The position numbers were made by a program, and so were the translations under genes. The notes beneath the pieces were generated by a model, which was not told the origin of the DNA, searched no databases, and saw only the letters and a program-made list of their open reading frames with translations. A stretch of DNA of 63,823 nt, filler included, from Reticulomyxa filosa (taxonomy: Eukaryota; Protista; Foraminifera): NCBI GenBank assembly GCA_000512085.1. It is 22 parts of 22 records of this genome, joined end to end, with 100 filler letters (N's around TTAATTAATTAA, not from the genome) between each part and the next. Parts side by side here need not be neighbours in the genome. Positions count along the whole stretch, not along the records: positions 52,946 to 54,297 come from ASPP01033720.1; positions 54,398 to 58,460 come from ASPP01004442.1; positions 58,561 to 60,073 come from ASPP01021323.1; positions 60,174 to 63,823 come from ASPP01009717.1; 18 more parts are not named here. One strand, 5' to 3'. Positions 52,946 to 63,823 of the stretch are shown here, in pieces (the stretch's first letter is position 1; each line of letters opens with the position of its first letter).

Positions 52946-54297
52946 TTTTTTTTTTTTTTTTTTCTCTTCTGATTTTGTATTGTTGTATTCATTTCCTGTT
53001 TCTGCGTATGTTTCTTCTTTTGCTCCGTCGCTTTGTTCTACCTCTTCTTTTTCTTCTTCTCCAGTTTGACTTGATTTTGAATTGCCTTCTTTATTTGCTT
53101 CTTTTTTGTCTCTTTCGAGCTGCTTCTTTACCATTTTTACGACATGGCTCAAGTTATTTTCGTATACTTTATACAAATTTGTGATATCTTCGTCTAGATA
53201 TCTAAAACGATTGTGCGAAAATGGATGATAAGACACTACGTTTGGAATCCATTCGGTTAAAGCTTGAACACCATTTTCAAAATCTTTTCGCGAAAAAGAG
53301 GCACTCGAATTATTATACATGTGTGCAAAAAAACTATTGATTTTTTCATCTGGCATCACTTTTACTATTCCTTTCATCTCTTTGAGCTGTAAACCCCAAC
53401 ATTTGTAGCCAAAGAATTTGCCATAATCAGCTTCCGACTCTTTTTTTTGGGAATTATATCGTTCTTGTGCTTCCGAGTGTGCCGTGCTAATCTTTTCTTC
53501 ATATTCTTTGTTACTCAAATGTAATCGTTCGTCGAATTCCTAGTCCATTTGCCAACAACAAAAAAGTCATGCAAGGAAAAAAAAAATATATTTGTAAATA
53601 TAACAATATCAAATAATTAAACCAAAAAAAAAATGTTGAAACCTTAATCAACTCAGGACAAATGGCCTCTACGAAAATAGATGCCTTTTCCCACGTATCA
53701 AATACCTCGTTCCAAAGTATTAATCGATGCGTTTGTGTGATCTTTTTAATAAAATTTATCAATTCTTCTTTGCTTGAATATGTAAATTGAAGCTGCTTTG
53801 ATTCGGTTACATGCTCTAGAACTGAGTGATAGCATAGGATAGTGGACTGTACCCCTTCAATCACAAATGCACTTCTTGAAGTTACAATTACATTTGAATC
53901 ACTTTGCTTTCTCTCCTTCTCAGTTGGAAGTGATTTCATTTTTTCAACATTGTAAGATACATCATTTTTTTGTTGTTCTTTCATTCCAACTTGAATGCCA
54001 CCTCCCATACTCTGTTCTTCTTCGTTCGTATTGTCTTGCACAGTTTGTTTGTCCACATAAAAATTATCCAATTCACTCTGCGACACCTTCATACAAACAG
54101 TCGAACAGACTTCCAACAATACTCTCAAAAAAAGGGAAGCAGCATTGCCTCGTTTAATATCTGTGAATGAATCTGCGTCTGGCCAAAAAAATAACACAAT
54201 ATCCACGTCGCTTGATTTGTACATCAGCTCCAACTCTTTTGGAGTCTTGTCCAACTTCAAAAAGGCGTCTTTCAAATTAATTATTGCATACACACCC
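52946..54297 (-). CDS. Hypothetical protein, internal fragment (2 exons)
   Basis: Two long ORFs joined in frame by intron 53540-53642. Confidence 0.65.
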
Positions 54298-54719
54298 NNN
54301 NNNNNNNNNNNNNNNNNNNNNNNNNNNNNNNNNNNNNNNNNTTAATTAATTAANNNNNNNNNNNNNNNNNNNNNNNNNNNNNNNNNNNNNNNNNNNNTTA
54401 TTTGTTTTTACAACTGCAATTATAGAATTACAATTGAATTCAAAAATATCTTCACAAATTGTGCTGGCAAATATATAAATGAAAGTTATTGTTCTTTCCT
54501 AAAGATAAATAATTTGCATAATTAAATAAAATATTTTGTGTTGTTACATATCTATTCGTAAAAGAGATATAAAAAAAACAATTATATTCATTTTCCTTAT
54601 TCACGTTCAATCATCAAATTCTGTTACTTGACTTTCTTTCAAATCTATTTTTGAAGTTTTAATAAAATAACAAAATGCTTACATTTTATCATTCATAAAT
54701 AATGAAAAAAACTATACCT

Positions 54720-57143
54720 TTCACCCATGCCCGCAAATTTTCAATTACATTCATGCTGCAATCATTACTCTGACTGACGCTAATCAAATCATCTAGTGAA
54801 ATATGTTCATCAGACCCAACATACTTTTTGATGTACACTCACTGGATTTTTCGAATATGCCAACATTGTTTTGATTTTCTCTTATTTCGGTACAATTTCT
54901 GCTGACACTACCTAACAACCCTGATCGAATTGACCTTTGGATATGCTGTTGCTCTTGAAAGTTGTTCGACAAACCTATGACGTTGGATGGCCTGGTCTCA
55001 AAATTCTTTTGATATTGCTTTATTGATTTTGTATTTTCTTAATTATTAACTCAGAACAATGCTTGCAAATATAAACAAAAAAATATTAGCATAACCTCAT
55101 CTTGATTATCTATTGCAGAGCTCAATAAATTCGCTGATTCATCCTCAGCAAACAGTTTGGCATCGGGCGTATCTGTTGCATTTGCCAAATCAAAACTAAG
55201 CAAACTTCCAATATTCGATTGATAAACTTTATTTATCAAATCAGACACGCTGATTTCATCGTTTTTATTCTGCAAATTATCTTGTAACAATACTTTTTCA
55301 TCACCTACAAAGTAAAATCATTAACGTTATTTTTCCAAGTTCAAAAAAAAGGGTCTCCCCAGCACTAGTGGCAGTTTAACTGATCCCGTATCGAGCCAAA
55401 GTTTTTGCAAGCCGTTCATTTTCGAGCTTCTTTTTAAAATCGCTTTTATCTTTAACAATTTGGTCTTTGATTTTAGATGGAACATTTTTCAAGTGTTTAT
55501 TGGAAGGATTGTAAAGTGGCAAACGGGGCTCTTGCTGAACTCGATAGCTCTGACTTGGCTGTGTGTTGGTGAATTGATTACAGAGGGAGGACTGCTTATA
55601 CTTTTGGCTGCTTGGTAAGTGCCAACCCATTTATGATTTATCCAATTCGCCATGTTTTCATTTCCCAGTCCATTTTTTTTTTGTTTCTTCGCTTGCAATT
55701 GTTTCAAATCATTACACTTCTGATTCAAACAACCAGAGGAACTGTTTTGACTTAAGCGCTTGTCAACTGTCCCCAGTGATCCGATTAGGTCTGATGTTTT
55801 GCGGGTGCATCACAAAAAAAACTTTTTTTTAAGTAAAAATCTTGAACGCAATCTTCTTTAAAAAAAAAAGAAACAATAATTTTTAGTTGATATTTTGTAT
55901 ATGAGAGTAGAATTTTTGCATTATTACCTGAACTTTTTACAGGGACACTGAATGCTACTGGTTGCTGAGTGCAAGCAGTTTTTTTAGAGTCTCCGAGTCC
56001 CTGGTACAAGGAGTGCGTACCAGCTCCGCCTTTTTTTCCACTGAAACGATTGATAAGTATGGTTTGTAAGTTATGTGCATGTTTTTTTTTTTTTTAATGA
56101 ATCTCACACATTATTTGCACATACATATACATAAACATATAGGTTTGTATGGAACAGCTTATGTTACATTGTTTGTATTTTGAGCAAATCTTTTTGAGTT
56201 TCTTCGGGACGGCATTGTTTGAATTTTTTTTGTTATCGTTTGCATTTTTAAGGGGTGGTTGATGGACTCCACGGCCTTTATGCTTTGTGGAAGCATGTTT
56301 TACCTGGTGAGTCGCTTTGATTGGTGTATCACTGTCGGATGATACATCTTCCAGTTGAGGCCACCAATGTGGATAGATAGCCGAGTGTGGCAACTTCTTT
56401 TTTTTTTTTATTCCTGTCGCATGTTCGTCTGTCATTGACTTTTGTTGGGATACGCTTTATTTGTACATTGAACATTGGAGTGAGTTGCAAACAACAAAAA
56501 ATGTGGAGGCACAAAAAATATAAATAAAAAAAAAGTAAATCGATAAAAGGTTTAAAAAAAAAAGCAAAACTTAAAAGAACTTCTTGATTTTTCGATAGTA
56601 TTGCCTTTGCTTTTGCCACATTTTTGCAAGTGGTGGACGTAGATATCGTCTACTGATTTGCCGACGTGCGGATTTTTCTTTGTGTTCTGGAAACACTTTT
56701 GCTCCGTTTCTCCTCCTACATTGGACGTCGAGCAAATTCTCGGCGCGTTCACTTGAATGTCGCTTCTCAGACTATCTAACTGATCTCGGATTTCCTCCAA
56801 GTGCTTCCCCAAATCCTTCAAACTCTTTGTTGGAGTGGTTTTTATTTGTCGGTCACTTGCTGTTTTGTTCACACCAGTGCAAGGATAGGATACATACAAG
56901 AAAAGATGCTGCATACATAATCAAACAACAAACACTTTAGCAAAAAATAAATACATAAATACCTATTTGCGATAATTGTGATAATGAGAGTTGCAAGTGC
57001 TCTTCTTTGGAAATATGAAACTGTTCGAACAATGACTGTAAGCCGATCAATGCAATATATCTTGTGGCCTCTGGCCACTCCTCTTTTTTGAAGTTTGCAT
57101 CCAAAAAACTTTGCAGTACTTCATTATCCCACAAATAATCCAT
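54720..57143 (-). CDS. Multi-exon hypothetical protein with N-terminal SAM-like domain
   Basis: EATRYIALIGLQSLFEQFHISKEEHLQLSLSQLSQIG followed by low-complexity exons. 3' end uncertain. Confidence 0.5.
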
Positions 57144-57615
57144 TTTTTGTAGCCAATTACACTCAAAATTGAAGGATTGATCTTTACTTTTGGCAAAAAT
57201 ACAAAGTTTCAGAAGGATGACGAGAAAGTTTTTCTTTACTGGGGTTTTGGTGTTTTACTGAGAAGTAGTACCTGGTTGTTTAATCTTTAAAGAAGTATTT
57301 TTTAGGATTGTGACTCTCTTGAGTGCATGAACTTAGCTAAACCCTTATCTTTGAACCTCACTGTTATACTATTCTTCGAAACATTAGCTTGATTGGCGTG
57401 GCTTAAATTTTGATACTTTTTCCATGACAATACGCAAAAAAATTAATTAGTGTTCCTAATTTAAACTATTTTTAATTGGTATCAAATCAAAGAGATAGGC
57501 TTTGCAATGAACGTTAAAGACGCCTTCAAACAAAAGTCAGCACGTTTTTTTGCCGTTAGAAATTGATTGGGGTCTATTGAATAATAAAACTTTTTTGAAC
57601 ATTACATTAAAAAAC

Positions 57616-58385
57616 ATGACATTAAAAGAAAACCTAGTAAAACTATTTTCAGCTCTGCTGGAATGGTCTCGAAAAAATCCAAAGTTTTCATTTGTGGCAG
57701 GTCTGTGCGCGCTGTATATTGTAACAAAGTGGCTGTCTCGTCGTTTGAAAAAGCCAAAGTCGTTGAAGAACCAACTGATATTGATAACTGGAGGGGCAAG
57801 TGGTTTGGGGCGATTAGTGGCATTGGAATGCCGACACAAGTACCGAGCAAAAGTGGTAGTGTGGGACATAAGCGAGGAGAGCATTAACCAGATAAGAGAC
57901 AGTGTCGATGGAGCGATGGTATGCGACGTGACCGTCCGCGAAAACGTTATTCGTTGTGCAGAGCAAGTGATAAATCAATTCGGAGCTGTGGACATATTGA
58001 TCAACAATGCGGGAGTTGTTTCCGGAAAATCCATGTTGGATCTGTCCGAAAAGGAAATTCGAAGAACATTTGAAGTGAACATTATTTCCCATTTTTGGAC
58101 GATTCAGGTAATATATATATATATATATAATTGTATACGTTTTTTTTGTTTGTACAAATCAAGTGGCCTTGTCGATAATATGTTATAAGAAGGGTATACA
58201 TACATTATTTTTTTTTTTTTTTGATGAGGTGTACATTGTGATGTGGACAAGAAAGAGATATGGCTTTTTTTTTAACAATTGATTATATAACACACCTCTT
58301 TGCAAACATAATCAAATATAGGCCTTTTTGCCTGATATGCTGAAAAAGAGAGCTGGACATATCGTGACGATTTCGTCAAGTGCAG
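57616..58385 (+). CDS. Short-chain dehydrogenase (SDR16C/RDH10/17bHSD11-like), 5' part
   Basis: N-terminal anchor, ITGGASGLG, LINNAGVV, VNIISHFWTIQ|AFLPDM..GHIVTISS. Intron 58108-58321. Confidence 0.92.
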
Positions 58386-58419
58386 GTACATAAATATTTT
58401 TTGTTTATTGTGTTAATCC

Positions 58420-58452
<33 letters not shown>

Positions 58453-58560
58453 TTTTTTTTNNNNNNNNNNNNNNNNNNNNNNNNNNNNNNNNNNNNNNNN
58501 NNNNTTAATTAATTAANNNNNNNNNNNNNNNNNNNNNNNNNNNNNNNNNNNNNNNNNNNN

Positions 58561-60073
58561 CGAATTGTCTTACAAATCATTGACAAAGCGAAACGAGAAC
58601 GAAAGCAAAAGCGACACTGAAAAAGCAAGTAACACAAGACACAAATTGTTGGATGAGGCGATGTCGCATAATAATGATTTTTTGTTTAGCTTCGAAGTTG
58701 GATCGCCAAATTTCTTTTCGACCAAAGATAGTTGCAACAAGTGATGAGCTCAAATCAACAATTCGTGTAAATGATTTGGAGGCTCTTGCTAGCACCAAGG
58801 TCAACAACAAGTGCTTGTAGCGGATGCTCAACAAAGACATTAGCAAATGGCCAATGTCTTAACACATGTTGCACGGTGGTTGTATGTTATATCGCGTATG
58901 TTTTATGTTTACTTTGTGTAAACGTGTGTTTTTGTTGTTTTTTTTTAGTATACGTAATCACCACAATTTTTTTGTTAATTTGAGTAGAATGGGACCATGG
59001 AGATATTGAATCAAAAAGATTTAGTAGATTTGATCAAAGTCTTGTCTCGATTGAAGAATTAGTAGCCGGTGAAACACATGATATCAAAAATTCGACCAGT
59101 AATGATGAGTTACCTGCATCAATAACGGATGCAACGGACAATGCAGGGCCGCCACTTTCGGATGACCAGATGATTATGCAAAGGTAGAAGCGAAGACGAA
59201 AGCGGCCAAGACTACGATGACTATCAAAATGGAAGAATAGATGAAAATATCATTCCAAGTTTTGTGTGGTATTTTTAGCACTTGAAATGTTGTTTTTTCG
59301 ATAAGTTGATTTCTTACAATATTTATGTATGGTTTGTCCTTTTTTTTGTCTTGGAAATTTAGCGAAAAGAGCAAGCTGGACAACTACAACTTTTGGCGAC
59401 AGTGTACGATGACGCAATGTTGTGTTATTTGTTCAACAATACTCCAAATTTTTTGGACGTCAGTATCATTCAATTATCAAACTTAGAATAGGTACTTCAC
59501 TTGGATGATCATCAAGTCGAATATAATGTCCAACTAGACTAGTCTTGTCCAATGCAAAGCTTTGGGAATACATCTTCCGAGATACAATTTAAAAGACTGT
59601 ATTGGATCAACAAAAAATGTCCACATATTTTTGGATATTGTAAAAAAAGTTATGTAATGAAATTTACAGATATATCAATGTCAATAAACACACAGACTTG
59701 TTATACAATCTTTTATTTTGTTGTTGTAATTCATTGATAGCCAATGTCTAAATCAAATCGATTTAACAAATACATAAGATAAATAAACAGAATTGATTCA
59801 TTTGACTGCTGATAACAAAGACATTGAATCCATTGAATATTTGACTGAATCCCACGATGGATGAATCGCATATAAAAGCGACACTTAAATAAACTAATTG
59901 AATGATTTCATTTGGAAATTTTAATATAATGGCCGAAATTAACAATGACTTTCTGTCTAAAGCACATATCAAAAATACGCAAAAATCACGATGCTGCTGT
60001 GTGTTTATGATTAATTATCGGTCGTCCATTGCAACGGACAGCAGTCACTACACAAAGTCGTTGATTAGAATAT
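58561..60073. pseudogene. Decayed coding relics, unidentified
   Basis: Fragmentary protein-like frames with frequent stops. Confidence 0.25.
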
Positions 60074-60535
60074 NNNNNNNNNNNNNNNNNNNNNNNNNNN
60101 NNNNNNNNNNNNNNNNNTTAATTAATTAANNNNNNNNNNNNNNNNNNNNNNNNNNNNNNNNNNNNNNNNNNNNTAGTTTTTAAATATTAAATTGGTTTTA
60201 TGATAAGTTTCCTAGGTTGATCAAAAATATGATTTTTTCAAATGATTTTTAAAAATTTCGAAGGACTTCATATAAATTGAACATGTATTGAAAATAAGAA
60301 ATTTTTTAATTTTTTTGTTTTCATTTTGGGAATCTTCAAGTCACGTAGATACTTTTTAAAAAAAGATTATCCTTATATCTTTTATAATTTTCACAAAAAA
60401 AAATAATAAAAAGTGCAAATATTACTTAATGTATCTTTTCATTCAGAAACTATGACAAAGTACAGCGAAAAAAATGTATCATAAAAAACAAAGGCTTTAT
60501 TGTTTGGAGTTATCATTCAAGCAAAGATTATGCTC

Positions 60536-62388
60536 TCAAACATGATCCAACTCACGTTTTTTTGGCATTTCCAAGAGGGCACACATTCTCCCCCAGTAGT
60601 AGCCTTTGGGCAGACATGATATGATACAAAGCGAGCACGCGCAAACAGCGACTATAGCGACAAATAGAAAAGAAGAGACTTGCCACTTGGAGTAGTACCA
60701 GACAAGGAACGACGAGAAGATGTATGAGACGAAGAGATAGAAGACAATGAAGTAGTAATACGCTGTTGTGCCATTGCAAAGGCCGACAGCAAAGATCGAC
60801 TTTCGTGACGAGGAGTGTATTTGTGTGATATTGAGGTCGTCTTTCAAAAGCATGACAATGACATACGGGATCAAAGGCAGTAAAGAGAACGTAAGCAACA
60901 AGAAAAAAAACACAATAATGCACAAGTCGTCTTTGATATTCAGTGCCTTCTTGCTCATGTGTCCAATAAATCCGAGCTTAGGTATATTGAACACACAAAA
61001 CACAATGATTAGCTGTGTTTTTGTAAGCGTGTTGTCCATGTAATACGCAAAGAGACTGGGGAAGAAGTGGATGACCTCGACGCACATGATCGGTGACAAT
61101 AAGGTTATCCACAACGCGGCAATTCGCAACCTGTCACGAAAAGACACCACCAGTCCCCTTTGATATAAATACGAGTCGACACAAGTGATTTCGACAAAGA
61201 TGGAGCAAGGAGAAACGCAAAGCACAAATAGCGACACAAGGAATTGCAATTTGTTGTAAATGCTAATCTGTTGATAGTTGCGCGTTCGCTCAAGCATAAA
61301 CGACAAGTTGATGATATAGAGTGGATACGTCATGAATCCACTCAATAGCATTGCGAACAAGTGTTTCGCCGAGCTTTGATCCGAAATTAAAAATCTAGGG
61401 ACATTTAAGATTGGAATGTGATCGCATCTGGATGGAGCGTTGCCAAACTTTTTCGAACACAAGCATACCAATGCCGACAGGAATGCCAAGGGTGACAACA
61501 TAAAACCTAGAGCCAGTCCGAAAAATTGCTTGTCGTGATGTTGGTATACGTCCATGATCAACATCATGTCAAACACGAGTGCCACCAACATCGAATATGA
61601 TGTAGTCAACTTCCAACACAATTTGAGCCACTCTATCAATTTGTGACGCTCCTCCAACTTTTTGATTCGACTGGTTTTTACGTATACGTATTTTGGAGTC
61701 TCTGTCCTCCTTCCTTTCCCTTTCCTTCCTCCTACTGTTACGACTATTTCATTATCATCGTCGTCATTATAATCAGACATAATCATAATCATAACCATTG
61801 CCATTGCCATTATCATCAGACTCCTCCAACTTTGCTTGCCAATATACATTGTATTTGGATGCTTTGTCATCGTTGCCACACTCTCTTTCAATGTAAATGT
61901 CATTACCTACTCTCAACAATGTGCGATGGTCGTCCGTGACAACACGACACACCTTTGCGATCGACTCCGCTTCTAGGATACGTACGTTCTGCATGCAGTC
62001 CAACGGACAGTCTAACAGGTGTCTGTACTTTGCTATATCCTTCGGGCTTCTTTCTTGTGCTGCTATTGCCGTGTCTGCCACCAAGTACTCCTTCGTCGTA
62101 AATCGTGTCAATCTCTCGGTTGACTCGCTCCGTTCTTTTTGTTGAGTCATAATCGGAGTTGGTGTTACTATCCCCCCGTTGTTGTTTTTTTTTAATGGAT
62201 ATATATATGTGTACATATATGTATATGTACGTAAATATGTATTGACATATTTACGGACAAGAAACAAACCACTGCAAAGAATTGCAAATGATCTTTGACC
62301 ATTACTTCAACCTACCTGAAAAGCTACTTCTGTCTTCGGCAAAGATACCATTGCCGTTATTTACATCAAGTCTCAGTGGCTCTTTCAT
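60536..62388 (-). CDS. XK-related-like multi-pass membrane protein
   Basis: ATG at 62388, phase-1 intron ~62169-62315, candidate 52-nt intron 61744-61795, then about 10 TMs starting VFDMMLIMDVY..FFGLALGFMLSP. Confidence 0.6.
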
Positions 62389-62839
62389 CTTTCTCTATAC
62401 TATTTAGCTGCTTGAACTCTGCTTTATGAAGGATGACAATAATTTCAAAGGAGCCACTTTAATTCTTTCAATTGAGTTTTTAGCTCCAGGAAGGGAGCAC
62501 CGAAAGGTCTCCCTTTGTGATCACTCAATCGCAAACCATTTTTTTTTTTCAATTTTGGAATTTCTGTCACAAATTGCATTGCAGAGCAATTGACAAAAAA
62601 AAGTTCCTTCCACACTTTCCAAAAAAAAAAAGCAAAGTAGTTTAATTGTAATAAATATATATTCTCGAAATAATATAACTTTAAACTGGCAATGTTCTTG
62701 CGTTATTGTCCAAAAAAGTAAAGTTCTATAGTGTTTTTTGTTTGGTAAAATGGTCTTTTGTGGCGGTCCCTTCCCTTCTCTTTTGTAGTTTCTTTTGACA
62801 TTTTTGCTTGTGGCAATTCGTAATTTTGAGAAAAGGATA

Positions 62840-63745
62840 ATGATTTGGCTACTTTCTATCTTCAATATTTTCCTCGCGGCAAATTTCGCAAGTTCGTTTG
62901 TGTGGGCTGTTTCCCCTTCTTCTCTGAAACGAAAACGTATACATATATCTTTTTTTTTTTGTAAAACACTGTTATTGCAGATGCTTATCACTGCAGCGGT
63001 GCAATTGATCTGGTGCTTGTCCTCGACGCGGGTTGTGGTGATCGTGTAACAACCACGCAGTGTAACATTATAAAAAATCACCTAAAAGAACTTGTGACTT
63101 ACTTTGATATCGGCAGCGATTTGTACACAAACGCAAGGTTTGCAATTACCGTATACAGCAACATCAGCTACGATCTGTTGGATTTGGATGTGGGGACGTC
63201 TGTTTCTGCAATCAACCAAGCCATTGATGCTTGGCCATGCAAAAGCAAACATTTCAATCAACACTTTCCAGGTTTTTTTTTTTTTTTTTTATTAAAAAAA
63301 AATTTCCAAAAAAAAAAATGACCCTTTTTTTTTTTTTTTTTCCAAAAGGGTGTTTAAAAACTTGCAAACTCTTGTTTGCAGAATTTTTAAAAAAAAAAAA
63401 AATGTGGGATAAACAGCTTATGGAATTGATAACGCAATTGCACAATTCGAAGTGCACAAACGGATAATCGACAATGTAACTGGTGATGTGTTGGACACCC
63501 CCCGTGGGACGATACTGTACCCGATATGTTCGTGTGGATCGACGTGTCAGTCGACCGCGAGCAATGGCATGTGTAACTCGAGGCGCATCGGCTTCATGCG
63601 CTACGAGAACACAGACATTTGCGTCTTGGCCAGCGGTACGTTGACGTATGCCCAAAATTACACGTGCGTAATCGCGGGCTCGGCAAACTCGGGTGACACT
63701 AGTGATTACATGATGAACAATCCAACGTGGGATATTGCAACGTTA
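62840..63745 (+). CDS. Secreted vWA-domain protein with degenerate MIDAS (3' truncated)
   Basis: Signal peptide MIWLLSIFNIFLAANFA, intron 62892-62980, AIDLVLVLDAGCG, ARFAITVYS, GIDNAIAQF. Confidence 0.7.
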
Positions 63746-63823
63746 ATTACCCCCTTTTTTTTTTTTTTTAATACCTCAAGGGAAGAGAAGAGGGTTGTTT
63801 TTTTTTAAAAAAAAAAAAAAAAA

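Noticed and set aside
1361-60173. Recurrent TTAATTAATTAA as a CRISPR repeat, telomere or element end
   Set aside because: Always centred in exactly 100 nt of N padding, so it is a synthetic six-frame-stop linker.
1-63823. Alternative genetic code
   Set aside because: Intact genes end in TAA (PYROXD1), TAG (EIPR1, sulfatase) and TGA (GT8) and use TGG/CAA normally. Internal stops cluster in degraded relics.
1-63823. Operon, gene cluster or prokaryotic defence system
   Set aside because: The genes are spliced and eukaryotic, and sit on unrelated concatenated contigs.
1-63823. tRNA, rRNA or snRNA genes
   Set aside because: None recognisable by eye; a covariance-model scan would be needed to exclude them.

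Overview
This is not one locus. It is 22 short contigs of an AT-rich, intron-containing eukaryote, joined by 21 artificial 100-nt spacers (N44-TTAATTAATTAA-N44, stops in all six frames), so adjacency across spacers means nothing. The lineage-type Kelch-like and TPR families, the intron style and the many pseudogenes suggest a rhizarian/foraminiferan such as Reticulomyxa filosa (inference, no search run). The code appears standard. Hand-spliced genes: Josephin DUB, GH27 alpha-galactosidase, two paralogous TPR proteins (one with tandem SAMs), a 4-TM voltage-sensor-like protein, a GT8 glycosyltransferase, PYROXD1, a propeller/mucin/TM/SAM receptor-like protein, PP2A B56, zuotin/DNAJC2, an ankyrin protein, 7TM and RGS fragments, arylsulfatase, Rab8-like GTPase, EIPR1, a CDKN3-type phosphatase, ABCG, CFAP65, an SDR, an XK-like protein and a vWA protein. 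Several decayed relics are also present (PP1, Spg1/Tem1, Asteroid/FAM120, CAP, Kelch, TPR). Most notable: (1) unusual splicing signals, with GTT donors, A-rich acceptors lacking a polypyrimidine tract, self-complementary intron bodies and candidate ~50-nt intronised coding segments; (2) duplicate genes destroyed largely by C>T/G>A changes plus internal deletions, a RIP-like pattern; (3) recurring SAM-domain signalling architectures. All exon boundaries and counts were made by eye.
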